A stretch of 60,967 nt of DNA, filler included, from Pirum gemmata (taxonomy: Eukaryota), in assembly GCA_002812295.1 (NCBI GenBank). It is 9 parts of 9 records of this genome, joined end to end, with 100 filler letters (N's around TTAATTAATTAA, not from the genome) between each part and the next. Parts side by side here need not be neighbours in the genome. Positions count along the whole stretch, not along the records: positions 47,532 to 54,291 come from PDIN01000242.1; positions 54,392 to 60,967 come from PDIN01000243.1; 7 more parts are not named here. The stretch is one strand, 5' to 3'. The notes below the pieces were generated by a model. The model searched no databases. It worked only from the letters and a program-made list of their open reading frames with translations, and was not told the origin of the DNA. This document shows positions 48,754-60,967 of the stretch, piece by piece; positions within the stretch are counted from its first letter, which is position 1, and every line of letters begins with the position of its first letter. The position numbers and the translations under genes are program-made.

Positions 48754-51700
48754 CTATGATTTATGAATTTTCATAATTCTAAGCAATTTTGATCGTTTAA
48801 TGCTTGGTACATCGTCGTTTAATAAAACTGCCATAACGATTTTGATTAAATCCAAAGGCAAGTACCAAAGTAAGGACCATACCCAAACAACAATAACCCA
48901 ACCACCGCAACCAATGACACTTTCGGAAGAAACGCTTGCACTGTTTTCTAAAGGCGATTGCCCACTGAAATATTGACAATACTCACAACTAACATCATTC
49001 TTGGGAAAAGGCCAACCGTTAAACCCGAAATACGAAATTGTTGTCGCGATTGCTTGAGAACTAAAAAATGCAATTAGTAATAAATAACCTGGTCGATGAA
49101 TTAAGGAAAATCCTTTTGTTCTTGTTATGAATATCAAAGCTTGGCCAGTTATTGAAACATGCAAGTACATTATGGCCCGTAAAGTAGATTGTCTTTCCCA
49201 AACTATATCCGATTCACATTGATCAAAATTCGATACAGAAGTTAAACTTTCACAATATTCAGTGGCTATATTTTAATGTATTATTTTAAATTTATATAGT
49301 AATATTATTAATAATTAATGTGATAATTATATACGTACGTATATATTATAATATGTATACAAAAAAAATAGAATCAGAATAAGAAAATAATATAAAATAA
49401 TTGTGATTATAATCTAATAACTATCTAATACAATGTCATGTATATTACATAAAAACTTTTTTTTTTTTTTGGTCATATATGAATGCAATGTCGACGTCAT
49501 TCTACTTTTAATAATACAACAATAAAACTGCAGCTGTGGTAGAATATTTATATCAATAAAGAAAGAAAGGCACAGAAAACGGAAATAATAAAAAAAATAA
49601 AAATGTTTATTAATATAATTGCAATTGTTACCTCCAAAAATATCAACAGATTTTAGATTGAATTTATCAAAAAAACTTGTCTCTGCAGCCATATAAAACA
49701 AACAAAAAGACGAGACAGTCAAATAGAGACCGTAAACTAAACCAGTACAAAAAATTCCTTTAATGTTCCAAGAATCTGGTGTTTTGCTTGGTTTAACAAT
49801 GTCTTTTGAAACGGTTATCATGGCCCCATCATTGAGAATAGCGAACAAAACAATTAGAAGTGTAGGAAAATTCCAATCGTAGTACGCCGTCAACCAACCT
49901 TTTATTTTCAAGATAACAGTTAAAATAAGTGTAAATATACACATATATTTTATTATATATTATGAACGTTTGAATCAAAAAAGAATTAGTTTATATTATA
50001 AGTGAAAACGTTCTATGAAAAAGAGGTATTTAGAATTATTATGATTGCTAATGAGAAAAGAATATTGATAAGTTAAATTTGAAATATGAAGGTTTTAAAG
50101 TTAGAGTTAGAATTAGGGTTATTTAATTAAATAGAAGTACCAAAAGTAAAACAAATCCTGATTGTCATAGCCACCGTATATTTGGCAAAATTTTTCATCT
50201 TCTGAAATATTCTGCGTGATTCAACAATACCATCAGCTATTACAGATAATCCAGGTTTAGTTAAAACAATAGAAGCTGCAGATCGAGCTGCATCCGTGGA
50301 ATCGTCTACGGCAATACCAATATCCGATTTTTTTAAGGCTGGTGCATCGTTAACACCGTCTCCAGTCATGCCTGTAATATGACCACGTTTTTGTAATCGT
50401 TGGACTATCTCATATTTGTGTTCTGGGAAAACTTCTGCAAAACCATCTGCATCTTCGCACAAATCGTCTAAACTATAACCATCATCATCTATATATATAT
50501 TTGGAATATTATTTTTATAATATAAATTTATAATAAAGCAAAGATCTAGTTCTTTTTTTTTTTTTTTGTTTTATTATTATGTATATAATATTATACATGT
50601 TACTTTTTTTTTTTTTTTTTTNNNNNNNNNNNNNNNNNNNNNNNNNNNNNNNNNNNNNNNNNNNNNNNNNNNNNNNNNNNNNNNNNNNNNNNNNNNNNNN
50701 NNNNNNNNNNNNNNNNNNNNNNNNNNNNTTTGTTTGTTTGTTTGTTTGTTTGTTTGTTTGTTTGTTTGTTTGTTTGTTTGTTTGTTTGTTTGTTTGTTTG
50801 TTTGTTTGTTTGTTTAAACTTGCTTTTTGTTACCTGATCCGAGCAAGCTGACTGTTTCACTATTTTCTTCAGAAGATCCAAGAAGGTTATCTCGATTTGC
50901 AATGTATTTCGATTTTCTTTCTCGAGATCCTTTAGCCTTCAGCATCCTCTTTAGTTCACTTTCGCTCAAATTTTCGTTGAATACATCACCTGTGATGATT
51001 ATTAATATTAATTAATTAAATAATAAATAATATTAAAAAATAGTAATATTATTAATTATAAAAGATTTAATTAAAAAATTAATGGGAATAACAATAATAG
51101 ATAATAATGATATTGTAGAATACAAAATTAAGTACTAGTAGTAACCTGTGTGCATGGCTGTTCCCAATCCAAGTAGTTTAGAGGTTTCAATTCCTATGGG
51201 TAATTGGTCTCCTGTGATCATTTTGACTTCAACACCAAGTTCTTTACATTTTGAAATAGTTTCTTTTGTGTCATGACGAGGTGGATCATAGATAGGTACT
51301 AAACCAACGAATTCAAAGATATTCTCGCCATCAGCATTCGTTTGTTTAGAGATAGCAATACCTATTCATTGTAAAGTATATTAGTCTAATTAGATAACAA
51401 AAATAGATACGATTTAATTAACATGTAAGGGTTTAATTAANNNNNNNNNNGGGGGGTTGCAACTTTGAATATAAAACAAGGGTAAATATATAGAACAAAG
51501 GAACAATGAATATATATCAATAGTATAACATGCATGGCCCTAACAGTCCCTAACTCTAACCCCTAACCCCTAACCCTAACCCTTAATCCTAAAATTAAAA
51601 CCCAAATATTAACCTTAACCTTAACCCTAATTCTAAATCTAACCAATGACCTTAAATTACCTATGGCTCTGTAACCCCTTAATGCCATTTCCAAAATTTT

Positions 51701-54155
51701 CGCATTAACATCATCGCTTATATCATCGACGTTGTAGGCCAACCCTAACGCAATTTGTGGTGAACCTTTTACGGCTAAGAATTTATTATTTGTATCGTTA
51801 ATCTCTTGAATAAAAGCCGTTGTTTTTTTGGAGACTGGATTAAACGGAATATATCTTGTGCATTCATATTGTTCCCATATCTGTAAGTTTTGATCATAGT
51901 TATGCTCATACGCTGTATGGATACTAACGTCAATTGGTTCGTGATTCTCAATACGCGCACTTAAAGCTCCATAAAGTAAAACATCTTTTTTAGAAAACTT
52001 TCCTGTAAATCAGAGAATTAAAATTAAAAGCATTAATATGTGAAGTTTTAGCACTGCATAAGATCCTGTAGTATGCTAATATCATATACAGTGCACGTGT
52101 ATAATGTATATAATATTATATATTATATATATAATTATATTATTTATTATGTCGGAGGAAATTGTAAGAAAAACCACAAAAAAAAGAATAGCAAAATAAC
52201 AAAGTTCTTCCGCTGTTTACTTACCAAATGACTTCACATTATCAAAATCCACAGTTAGCTGATTCAAAGTTAAAGTTCCAGTTTTGTCGCTGCAGAGCAT
52301 ATCCATACCAGCTAATTGCTCAATTGCGGATAATCGACTAACAATTGCACCTTTTTTTGCTAATTTTCCTGCACCCAATGCTAAAGTAACCGACAAAACA
52401 GTTGGCATAGCGACCGGGATTCCACCACAAATTAGAACTAGCACATTTTGGAAAGTGGGGCAATTACCTTTATATATAAATAAATAAATATTAGAGTTGA
52501 AATTATGTTAGTGTTTACATTGTGATTTATTTTTTAAAATAAAACAACAGTATTAGAAAAATTAGTTAATAATTAACGAAGGTCACTGGGTATACATTAA
52601 TATATTAAATATAATTATATTATATGATTACATAATAATATATATATAATATATATAATATAGAAAGGATTACTGGCTGGGTAGATAACATGTAGATTAA
52701 ATCATAGATAATATTATATAATTAGAATTTTACCTTCTCCGAAACTACATTCATGCTTTCTGTAAAGCAGTTGCACTATCAATTCAATGGTTACCCATAA
52801 TGCAATAGTAATCACACAGGCGCCACCAATAAGATTCAATATTTTTTGAATATTTCCTACATTATAATTATCAAGCATAATATTGTAACAAGTTGAAAAT
52901 TAAAATTATCATCGAATAATTAGTATCAATTATCATGAACCTCATTGAATGATTCATCACTATTAAATTATTATTACTACTAAATATTATTTTTTTAAAA
53001 TAAACTTTAGTATTAATATTACTACTATTATTTTTTTAAAGTAAACTAAACTTATATATAATAGTATTAAAAGTTTTTCAAAATTGCAGTGGCATTATTG
53101 AATTATGTTACCTTGGGATTTAGTTCCGTCTATCAAAGAAGCAGCCCTACCAAAAAAAGAGTTTGAACCAGTCGCGTACACCAATGCTTTCATTTCCCCT
53201 TGTTTCACTATACTTCCACTGAATCCAATTTCCCCAGATTCCTTTTTCACTGGGATAGATTCTCCAGTTAAAGCGGACTGATCGATTAGCATAGGCTCGT
53301 CATCAGCAGTACCTGGACGTATTTATGTATTATGCCATATTAATTAAATACATTGTTAATAAATTCGATACCTTTTAGATATTGATGTTAGCTCAGAAAG
53401 CAATCAAATTTAATAGAGATTTTTAAAAGATAAGAATAATACCTAAAAGTTTAATATCTGCTGGTAAAATATCACCAAGTCGAACCAATATAATATCACC
53501 AGGAACTAAATTTTCCGCTTCAATATCTTCAAAATTTTCTATTATATTATACAAATATATAATACAATGTAAGTTTATTATTAATTAACTTTAAAAAAGT
53601 TAATTTTTTTTTGTTAATTGAAAGCTTTATAAATATTAGTATTTAAAAAAGAGCTTTGGACATCTTTTCCTTCCCTTATTTATTATTATTAGAAACTTAA
53701 AATAGCATTATTATATATTATGTTTTATATATAATAATATTATTGTACTTCTCCACAAAAAAAAAAATCCAAAAACTGATCATGAATGTTAATTAAAAAA
53801 GTAATAAATTTCTTAGTATTTTATCGTGATACATAACAAACATATTATTATATAGAAAATGTTAGGAGAAATTAGCTCAATTGCAAGCTCAAGTGTGAGT
53901 TCAAGTGCTGTTGTTCTTGATGGCATTATTATTTTTAGTTGTTATTAAATCTAGTTCTCGTAAATTTTTATGTCTCAAAATTTTTATTAGTGTTAGTATT
54001 AGTTTATCATTAGTGTTGTTAGTGTTAGTGTTAGTGTTAGTGTTAGTGTAGTGTACCTTTTTCATGGTCATGGTGATGTCCATGATCCCGCAATACCCTG
54101 GCCTTAGGAGCTAGGGATGCCATTAAAGCTCGAATAGCGTTATCAGCATTATTTT
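48754..54155 (-). CDS. Plasma-membrane P-type IIIA H+-ATPase, 5'-partial, about 11 exons
   Basis: [115 protein letters not shown]. Confidence 0.95.
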
Positions 54156-54529
54156 CTATAATTATAAAGTACAAAGGTCCACAATTACAACAAAACAACA
54201 AAGAAAGAAAGAAATTTAAAGGGAAGGACTTGTTTTATTAATGAGAAACTGGTTGAATATTATATAATAATTATAATAATAATAATAATAANNNNNNNNN
54301 NNNNNNNNNNNNNNNNNNNNNNNNNNNNNNNNNNNTTAATTAATTAANNNNNNNNNNNNNNNNNNNNNNNNNNNNNNNNNNNNNNNNNNNNCTAACCCCC
54401 CTAATCTCCTACCCCCCTAATCCCCTAACCCCTAACCCCTATATCCCCTAACCCTTAACCCCTAACCTCTACTCCTAACACTTCGCTTTCTTTTTAATAT
54501 TTCTTTATTGTATCATTATTATAAATTAG

Positions 54530-55075
54530 CCCGAGATATATGGAATACAAGGTATACTACACGCTTATGACGATTGTTTAAATAATGTTAAATTATGGGG
54601 TCCGACCAATTTCGCCCCTATTATAAAAACTGCATCTCAATATGCACAAAAAGCCCAAAATGATTCTGGACAAAGTTATATGATATTGTTAATGATTACT
54701 GATGGTGTCATATCAGACTTGAACAACACCATAGATGAAATCGTGAACGCATCTAAACTTCCTCTTTCCATTGTCATTGTCGGTGTTGGTGATGCTGATT
54801 TTGGCAGTATGGATTTGCTCGACGCTGACGATGAACCGTTACGGCATAGCAGGACTAATGGGTTGATGACCAGGGATATAGTACAATTTGTGCCATTCCG
54901 TGATTGTAAAAACAATCCTGCTGAAATCTCAAAAATGACCTTACAAGAAATACCTACGCAAGTACTATCGTATTTTGAAAGCAAAGGTATTGATCCAAAC
55001 CCACCTGTTTATGTTGATGACGGAGATCTGAAACCTTCATTTACCAACCCTGTTAATAATTTCCCTTTTTTGTAA
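54530..55075 (+). CDS. Copine, terminal exon (vWA domain)
   Basis: LWGPTNFAPII, YMILLMITDGVISD, ASKLPLSIVIVGVG, RDIVQFVPFR, LQEIPTQV; AG acceptor at 54528-54529. Confidence 0.95.
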   Translation, partial: PEIYGIQGILHAYDDCLNNVKLWGPTNFAPIIKTASQYAQKAQNDSGQSYMILLMITDGVISDLNNTIDEIVNASKLPLSIVIVGVGDADFGSMDLLDADDEPLRHSRTNGLMTRDIVQFVPFRDCKNNPAEISKMTLQEIPTQVLSYFESKGIDPNPPVYVDDGDLKPSFTNPVNNFPFL

Positions 55076-55519
55076 TTTAGTTTAAGTTTTTCTTTTTAGT
55101 TTTCATCATCCAACATCCTCCTTGACCTCTTACCACGTTCAAAGCTGTGATTAACTGCAGTTGATGCCCAGGAATAATTCCATCACAAAACTCACAATGT
55201 TAAAAGTCAAAAAGTTCTATGAATCAGATATAAAGCCAACCAGACCACGTTTTGTTAGTAAACGAACTATAAGTAAAAATAAAAGATAATATAATTATAA
55301 TTCCGTCACAAAACATGAATCAGATATAAAGCCTGAACTTAAATACCATTCAGGAAAGCAAATTACAAAAAAATAGTAATTTTGGCGTTAATTCTAAGTT
55401 TTCAATTGTCTTTATTCCCTCTCCGGCGGCGACGGTAGCAGCAGCAACAATAACGAATAAAAATTCACCTTTCAATTCTCTTATCATGGAGTCAAAGGAC
55501 ACGAAAGAAACAATGTGAA

Positions 55520-55850
55520 AAAATTGAAGAGTTTTCAGATGATTTCAAAGATATGATTGTAGGGGTATTAAAACGATCACATTTACAGGATAAAACTATT
55601 CAAAAAATTGTAAATGAGCCGGAAAATAGAAGCATTTTTCTTCAAGCGTTCACTCATATATCTTATGACGCGGAAAAGAATTATGAATTTTTGGAATTAC
55701 TTGGTGACAGTCTCGTAAATTCTTGCATGGTTTTTTATTTCAATAAAACTTTTACAGAATTTTAAATAATTGTCGCGGTGTAAAAATTATATCCAGACTA
55801 AAAATTAACTTAGTTTCACGTAAATCATTAAGTTTCTTAGCTCAAGAAGA
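55520..55850 (+). pseudogene. Truncated RNase III of large-DNA-virus type
   Basis: QAFTHISY..EKNYEFLELLGDSLVN signature. Past TAA 55763-55765 the frame continues NNCRGVKIISRLKINLVSRKSLSFLAQE, then breaks off. Intronless. Confidence 0.8.
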
Positions 55851-57102
55851 CGTGTTATTGCAGACAAGCAATGTAAGCAACCAACCGGTCCATGCTTTAG
55901 CTGGTGATCCTTCGCTATTCCATATTTGGATTTGGGTATGTTGTTTTGTTAGTAGGTCTCATATAAGCCGAATATCCTAGGCCGAATATCCCACATAATA
56001 TAAAGAAAATACCTAATTTGATCCCTATAAATTTTAAGTAAATATGTCCAAAATATAAGAATATAAACCTTAAAAAGTATGTAAACTAGCAAAAAAGTGT
56101 CAATTTTAACCAAAAAAAATAAGAATAAAATCGTACAATCTAGCATAAATAAGAGTGCTCATTGTCTTAAAAGCGTTTAATTATATAATTATAATGTATA
56201 AAAATTTAATTCAACAACAAACACCATCAATAACCAAATAAATTATTATTATTATTATACTATTTTAATATAAAAAAACAATGTAACAGGACTAGCAAGT
56301 GTACTATTTTTATTATTCTATATAAGAATGCAAAACCAACAGAAAACAGGTCTCCCTGTTTATAAATTTTTTCAAAATACATTCTAAGGACTCGGTAGTA
56401 CCTTTTCTATTGCCAATTTAAATCGAAATTGGTATTTTTTTTTTTTTTTTTTTTTTTTCTTTAGAAAAAAAAAGAAGAAATTAATTGCTGGCATTATACA
56501 TAACGTCATTATTGTGATATTAATGGGTTAGTTTAGTTACTAATTCGTTTTACACCACACGCTTATAACGTGTTTGGATGAGTGTAATTCTAACCATTAC
56601 CCTTAATAATAATACCCCCTAAACCCAATTGTAATAAAAAAGTGACGGGTTTAAGGTTATAAAACTGTTATAGCTTACTTACCATTACTAGTCCAATAAC
56701 CCTAAATCCAATTATATAAAAAAAGGAATAGGTGTAGGGCTAGGTTATTAATATCAATCCATCTAGCTCTAACCCTAACCCCTAACCCTAATCTACATAT
56801 TATGATCGCTCCCAATTGCAATAAAAAAATGACGGGTTTAGGGTTATAGATTAGTTACCGTTACTAATCCAACATACCCTAAGCCCATTTATAACAAAAA
56901 AGGAAACGGTGTAGGGTTTGTTTATTAATATCAACCCACCTAACCCTAACCCTAACCCTAACCCTAATCTACATAAGTACGCTACTCTAATTATTATCAA
57001 TATCAATATATGCATGATTTCTAGGAATTTTTTTGGAATCCTAACCCCTAACCCCTAACCCTAATTGAACTCCCAACCCCTAACCTAACCCTAACCTTAA
57101 CC

Positions 57103-59665
57103 CTAATCTACATGATCGCTACTCAAACTATCATCAATATCAATACAAGCATGATTCCTAGGAACTTGAAATTGACCATCAATTTTCTTTATACATTTAT
57201 CCATATCCCATGATGTAGTTACTTCTTCGCGTAATTGTTGATCATTTTTCATTTCGTTTCGTATTTCTCCTGGCCACCTCACGCACGGAAAATAATAAAA
57301 TATATTATAAAACGCTACAATAGGTTTGATGTACACAATGTAAATTAACAAAAACATACATGGAAATAAAGTCATAGTTTCTGGTCTTACTTGTAAATGA
57401 CAACGTCTTAATAGTATCCAGTTAACCAAGTTTTGTACCAACACAAAGAGACCCCACCATATTAAAATCATATCAAAAGTCATTAAAAACAAAAACTGAA
57501 TGTTGTCAGGATTTCTTCCTATGAATAATAAAACAGTAATAACATAAAGGTACTCACGTGACAATCCCACCACTTTCCATAATGCCACTGCACGTGCAAA
57601 CCATTTCTGACGACTCGTCCAACCCCCCGGTGAAAAAGCAATTTTTGCAAACCTAAACATATTAGAGTTAAGGTCAGAGTTATGGTCAGGGTAAAGGTTA
57701 TGATTAGGACTAAAGTTAGGTTTCGGTTTAAGTTTAGGTTTACATGGTTAAGATGAAAGGTTAGGGTTAAGAGTAGGGCCATGACTAGGGTTAAGGCTAG
57801 GGCCATGATTAGGGTTAAGATAAGGGCTAAAGAGCTTAGATTAAGTGTTAAGGTCAGGGTTAAGATCAGGGTTAAGGCCAGGGTTAAGGTTAGGGTTAAG
57901 GTTATAATTAAAGTTAGGGTTAGGGGTTTCGGGGTTTACGAACCTAAACATAAAACTGTGAGACGCAGGATCCCAAGAGCGAAATCTTTGGGCAAACAAA
58001 CTTGCTTCAGGGCAATCATACATACATCGACGTTCAGGTAAGCGTTTTCTTAGCCAAGGGGTATTAGGTAAATAGTCCCAATAATGCGCAAAACAAAATG
58101 GAACTAACGTTGGAACAAAACAATCTTTGACAATTGCAATTTTGGCACCACTGTATGCTTTTTTAATTTCTTTTCGACTATCCTCATTAATATTGTTAAA
58201 ATTATTATCATCAGTATTAGTTTCATTACTTCGCATAATAGTATTACTATAGTTAATAATAGAGGTAACTTTGCTGGAGGAAATAAGGTCATTAATGTCG
58301 TGGTTGTCATTGTTACTGTTTTCAATATTAATGTTATTATTTGTATTATTATTATTCTCAGAATCATTATCATTTACTACCATAATAGCATCATTATCAT
58401 CATGAACACTATGGATATCTTCATTATTAGTATTAATATTACTTATATCATCATTAGTATTATTAACATTGTTACTATTTATTATCCTAAAAGAATCATT
58501 ACTGGCATCTTTGCTATAGTTCATTTCATTATTAGCATCATTATTAATAATACTATCATTATTCTCGACATTGATACAATCACCATTATCATCTTTATCA
58601 TCATCATCATCATCATCATCATCTATATTATTATTATTATTAGCATCGCTACTAGCACCATCACTACTGCTATTATTATTATTATTACTGACATCCTTAT
58701 AATTACTATTACCAGTATTATTATTAATATTATCACTATCATTATCACTATTATTATCACTATCATTATTATTACCATTATTATTTCTATCATTATTATT
58801 TCTATCAGTATCATTATTATCATTATTATTGTTGTTGTTTTTATTATCACTATTATTAGTGCAAGTCTTATTATTATCACTATTATTATTATCACTATTA
58901 TTATTATTAGTTAAACTTTCAATATTTTCATGATCAGATACAGCGTGTTCACTATTGTCCTTACTATTTTGTGTATAATAAATTGAACTGAACTCTTCTG
59001 TGTCCAAATATAAAACATCTTTCAATAATTTGTCAGGCCTTCCACTAAGTTTGTGAGTAAGGTACCCCATTTCAAGATCCTCACTGTTGATTATCAAAAT
59101 TAAGATGCAAAGTTATTATTACATTTTATTTTGGTGTTAGTGTGTTAGTGATAATGTTAGTGTTAGTGTTAGTGTAGGTGTAGGTGTAAGGTGTTAGTGT
59201 CGGTGTCGGTGTTGTGTGTTGGTACTATTGTTGGTGTTGGTGTTGGTGTTGGTGTTGGTGTTGGTGTTGGTGTTGGTGCTGGTTTTAGTGCTGGTGTTAG
59301 AGATAGTAATATTGTTGGCGTTGGTGCTAGGGCTAGGGTTTAGGGTTAGGGTTAGGATTAGTAATGGTGATGGTGTTGGTGTTGGTATTAGGGTTATAGT
59401 GTTGGTGTAAGTGGTCAGGGTTAGGGTAAATAAAAAAGAAAAATTCAAAACTCACCCATTAAAAACTGTATCATGCCTATCTAATATATTTTTAAGCACA
59501 TCTGCCCTCCATCTACAAAGAAAATTGTAATATTATTATTGTTATTATGATGAGTATTATTATTATTATTATGATTATGTATGATTATGTATGATTATTA
59601 TTATGATTATGTATGATTATTATTATGATTATGTATGATTATTATGATTATTATGTATGATTATT

Positions 59666-59703
<38 letters not shown>

Positions 59704-59722
59704 ATTATTATTATTATTATTA

Positions 59723-59755
<33 letters not shown>

Positions 59756-60686
59756 TGGAATTATTGGTGTATTATTATTATTATTATCATTGTAAAAAAT
59801 GCTTTATAGATATAAATAAGATATAAAATATTATAGTACATTATTTCAAAAAAGACAAATATTTTATATTTCAAAAAGACAAAATTACGATATTTTCACA
59901 ATAATATTAACCATAACAATAAAATAACAATAAAATAACAATAAAATAACAATAGAATAATAATGACAATGAAAATAACAACGACAATATTAACAAAAAC
60001 AACGAAAATAACAATGACAATATTAACAACAACAATAATAAGTATTTGCAATAACAGAACTACTACACAAATAAATCACTTAGTTATTTTTTATACAACA
60101 AATTAAACAAACGTACGTTGCTGCAGCCCCGGAACAAAACAAATTTGTTGCAACTGCCTCTTGAAAAAACCTCTCGGAATCCCCTATTTTTTATTTATTT
60201 TATTATTTTATATTAAGTAACATACTTATAGTAAGTACAGAAAATAATACCCTAAATCCTAACCCTAATCCTAATCCTAACCCTAATCCTGATCCTAGCC
60301 CTAATCCCAATCCTAACCATAACCTTAACCATAATCTTAACCCTAAACATCAAGTCTTAACCATGGCTCAATTCCTAAAACTCAAAAATCGAACTTAAAA
60401 TCAAAATTCAAAACCCAATCTTAACCTTAACCTTAACCTTACTTAACTTAACAAAAACCATAACAAAAGAAAGAGAAAACTCATATATATAGTAGATATA
60501 AAAATGTACTGAAGGTTTACAGGTAATATTGTATGATCATTTTAGTAACAGCTATATACATATTATATTATATATATATAATATATACATATATGTATAT
60601 ATTATGTTAAATATAATAAATACCTAGAAGATATTCACAATCTTGAAATCTGGACCAAATAGTAGAATCACCATTTTCTATATTAA

Positions 60687-60717
<31 letters not shown>

Positions 60718-60795
60718 CAATTACCATTACCATTGCTATGTGTCATTGTTAACCTACATTTTGATGTACAGTTTCAGATCCAGTGAAACAGACCT
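57103..60795 (-). CDS. Processive-type GT2 glycosyltransferase, 5'-partial; exons approx. 60795-60754, 60678-60624, 60184-60117, 59512-59456, 59082-57944, 57652-57103
   Basis: Spliced product contains FQDCEY, FCSGAAATWR, HDTVFNGEDLEMG, SLFAQRFRSWD (QxxRW-like) and C-terminal TMs. Confidence 0.8.
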
Positions 60796-60967
60796 ATAAT
60801 ATTCTTTTACAAAACGAACTTCTTGGAAATTCTCCCAGCGGAAAAAAAGAGGTTTGTTTCTTTTAATAAATTCGATTTAAAGTTTATTAACATTACCACG
60901 GCCACGACCTTGTCCCTTATTATTTTTATGTTTACTTTCATTATTTCCATTATTATTATTATTATTA

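Noticed and set aside
6692..54391. Periodic TTAATTAATTAA motif as a biological repeat, and gene clusters across it (e.g. Agd3 + GT2, viral contig + LINE)
   Set aside because: Fixed N-padded assembly linker; the neighbouring contigs are unlinked.
55520..55527. Mimivirus early promoter AAAATTGA
   Set aside because: It lies within the apparent RNase III reading frame and is expected by chance in AT-rich DNA.

Overview
This window is not one locus. It is nine unlinked AT-rich eukaryotic contigs of about 6.6-7.1 kb joined by artificial 100-bp linkers (44 N + TTAATTAATTAA + 44 N), so adjacency across a linker carries no information. The host genes have GT-AG introns filled with microsatellites and TTAGGG-type repeats. 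They encode a Cys-rich/LRR single-pass receptor with a Tyr-rich tail, an EEP-domain single-pass protein, an F-box/LRR protein, an Agd3-like deacetylase, a P3A H+-ATPase, a copine and a processive-type GT2. A frameshifted, intronless LHFPL-like tetraspan gene is also present. Holozoan-type receptors alongside wall/osmotrophy genes suggest a unicellular opisthokont such as an ichthyosporean (inference only). Intergenic DNA holds several MITE-like families and two LINE remnants. Main signals: (1) an intronless, gene-dense contig (34109-40699) that looks like giant-virus (Nucleocytoviricota) DNA and ends in an unannotated 42-codon remnant matching the TnpB/Fanzor2 C-terminus, followed by an 18-bp tandem array; (2) a viral-type RNase III pseudogene between two host genes; (3) recurrent tandem duplication of splice acceptors plus exon starts that decay into microsatellite; (4) a 34-bp-stem hairpin. 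All family calls come from motif recognition, not database searches.
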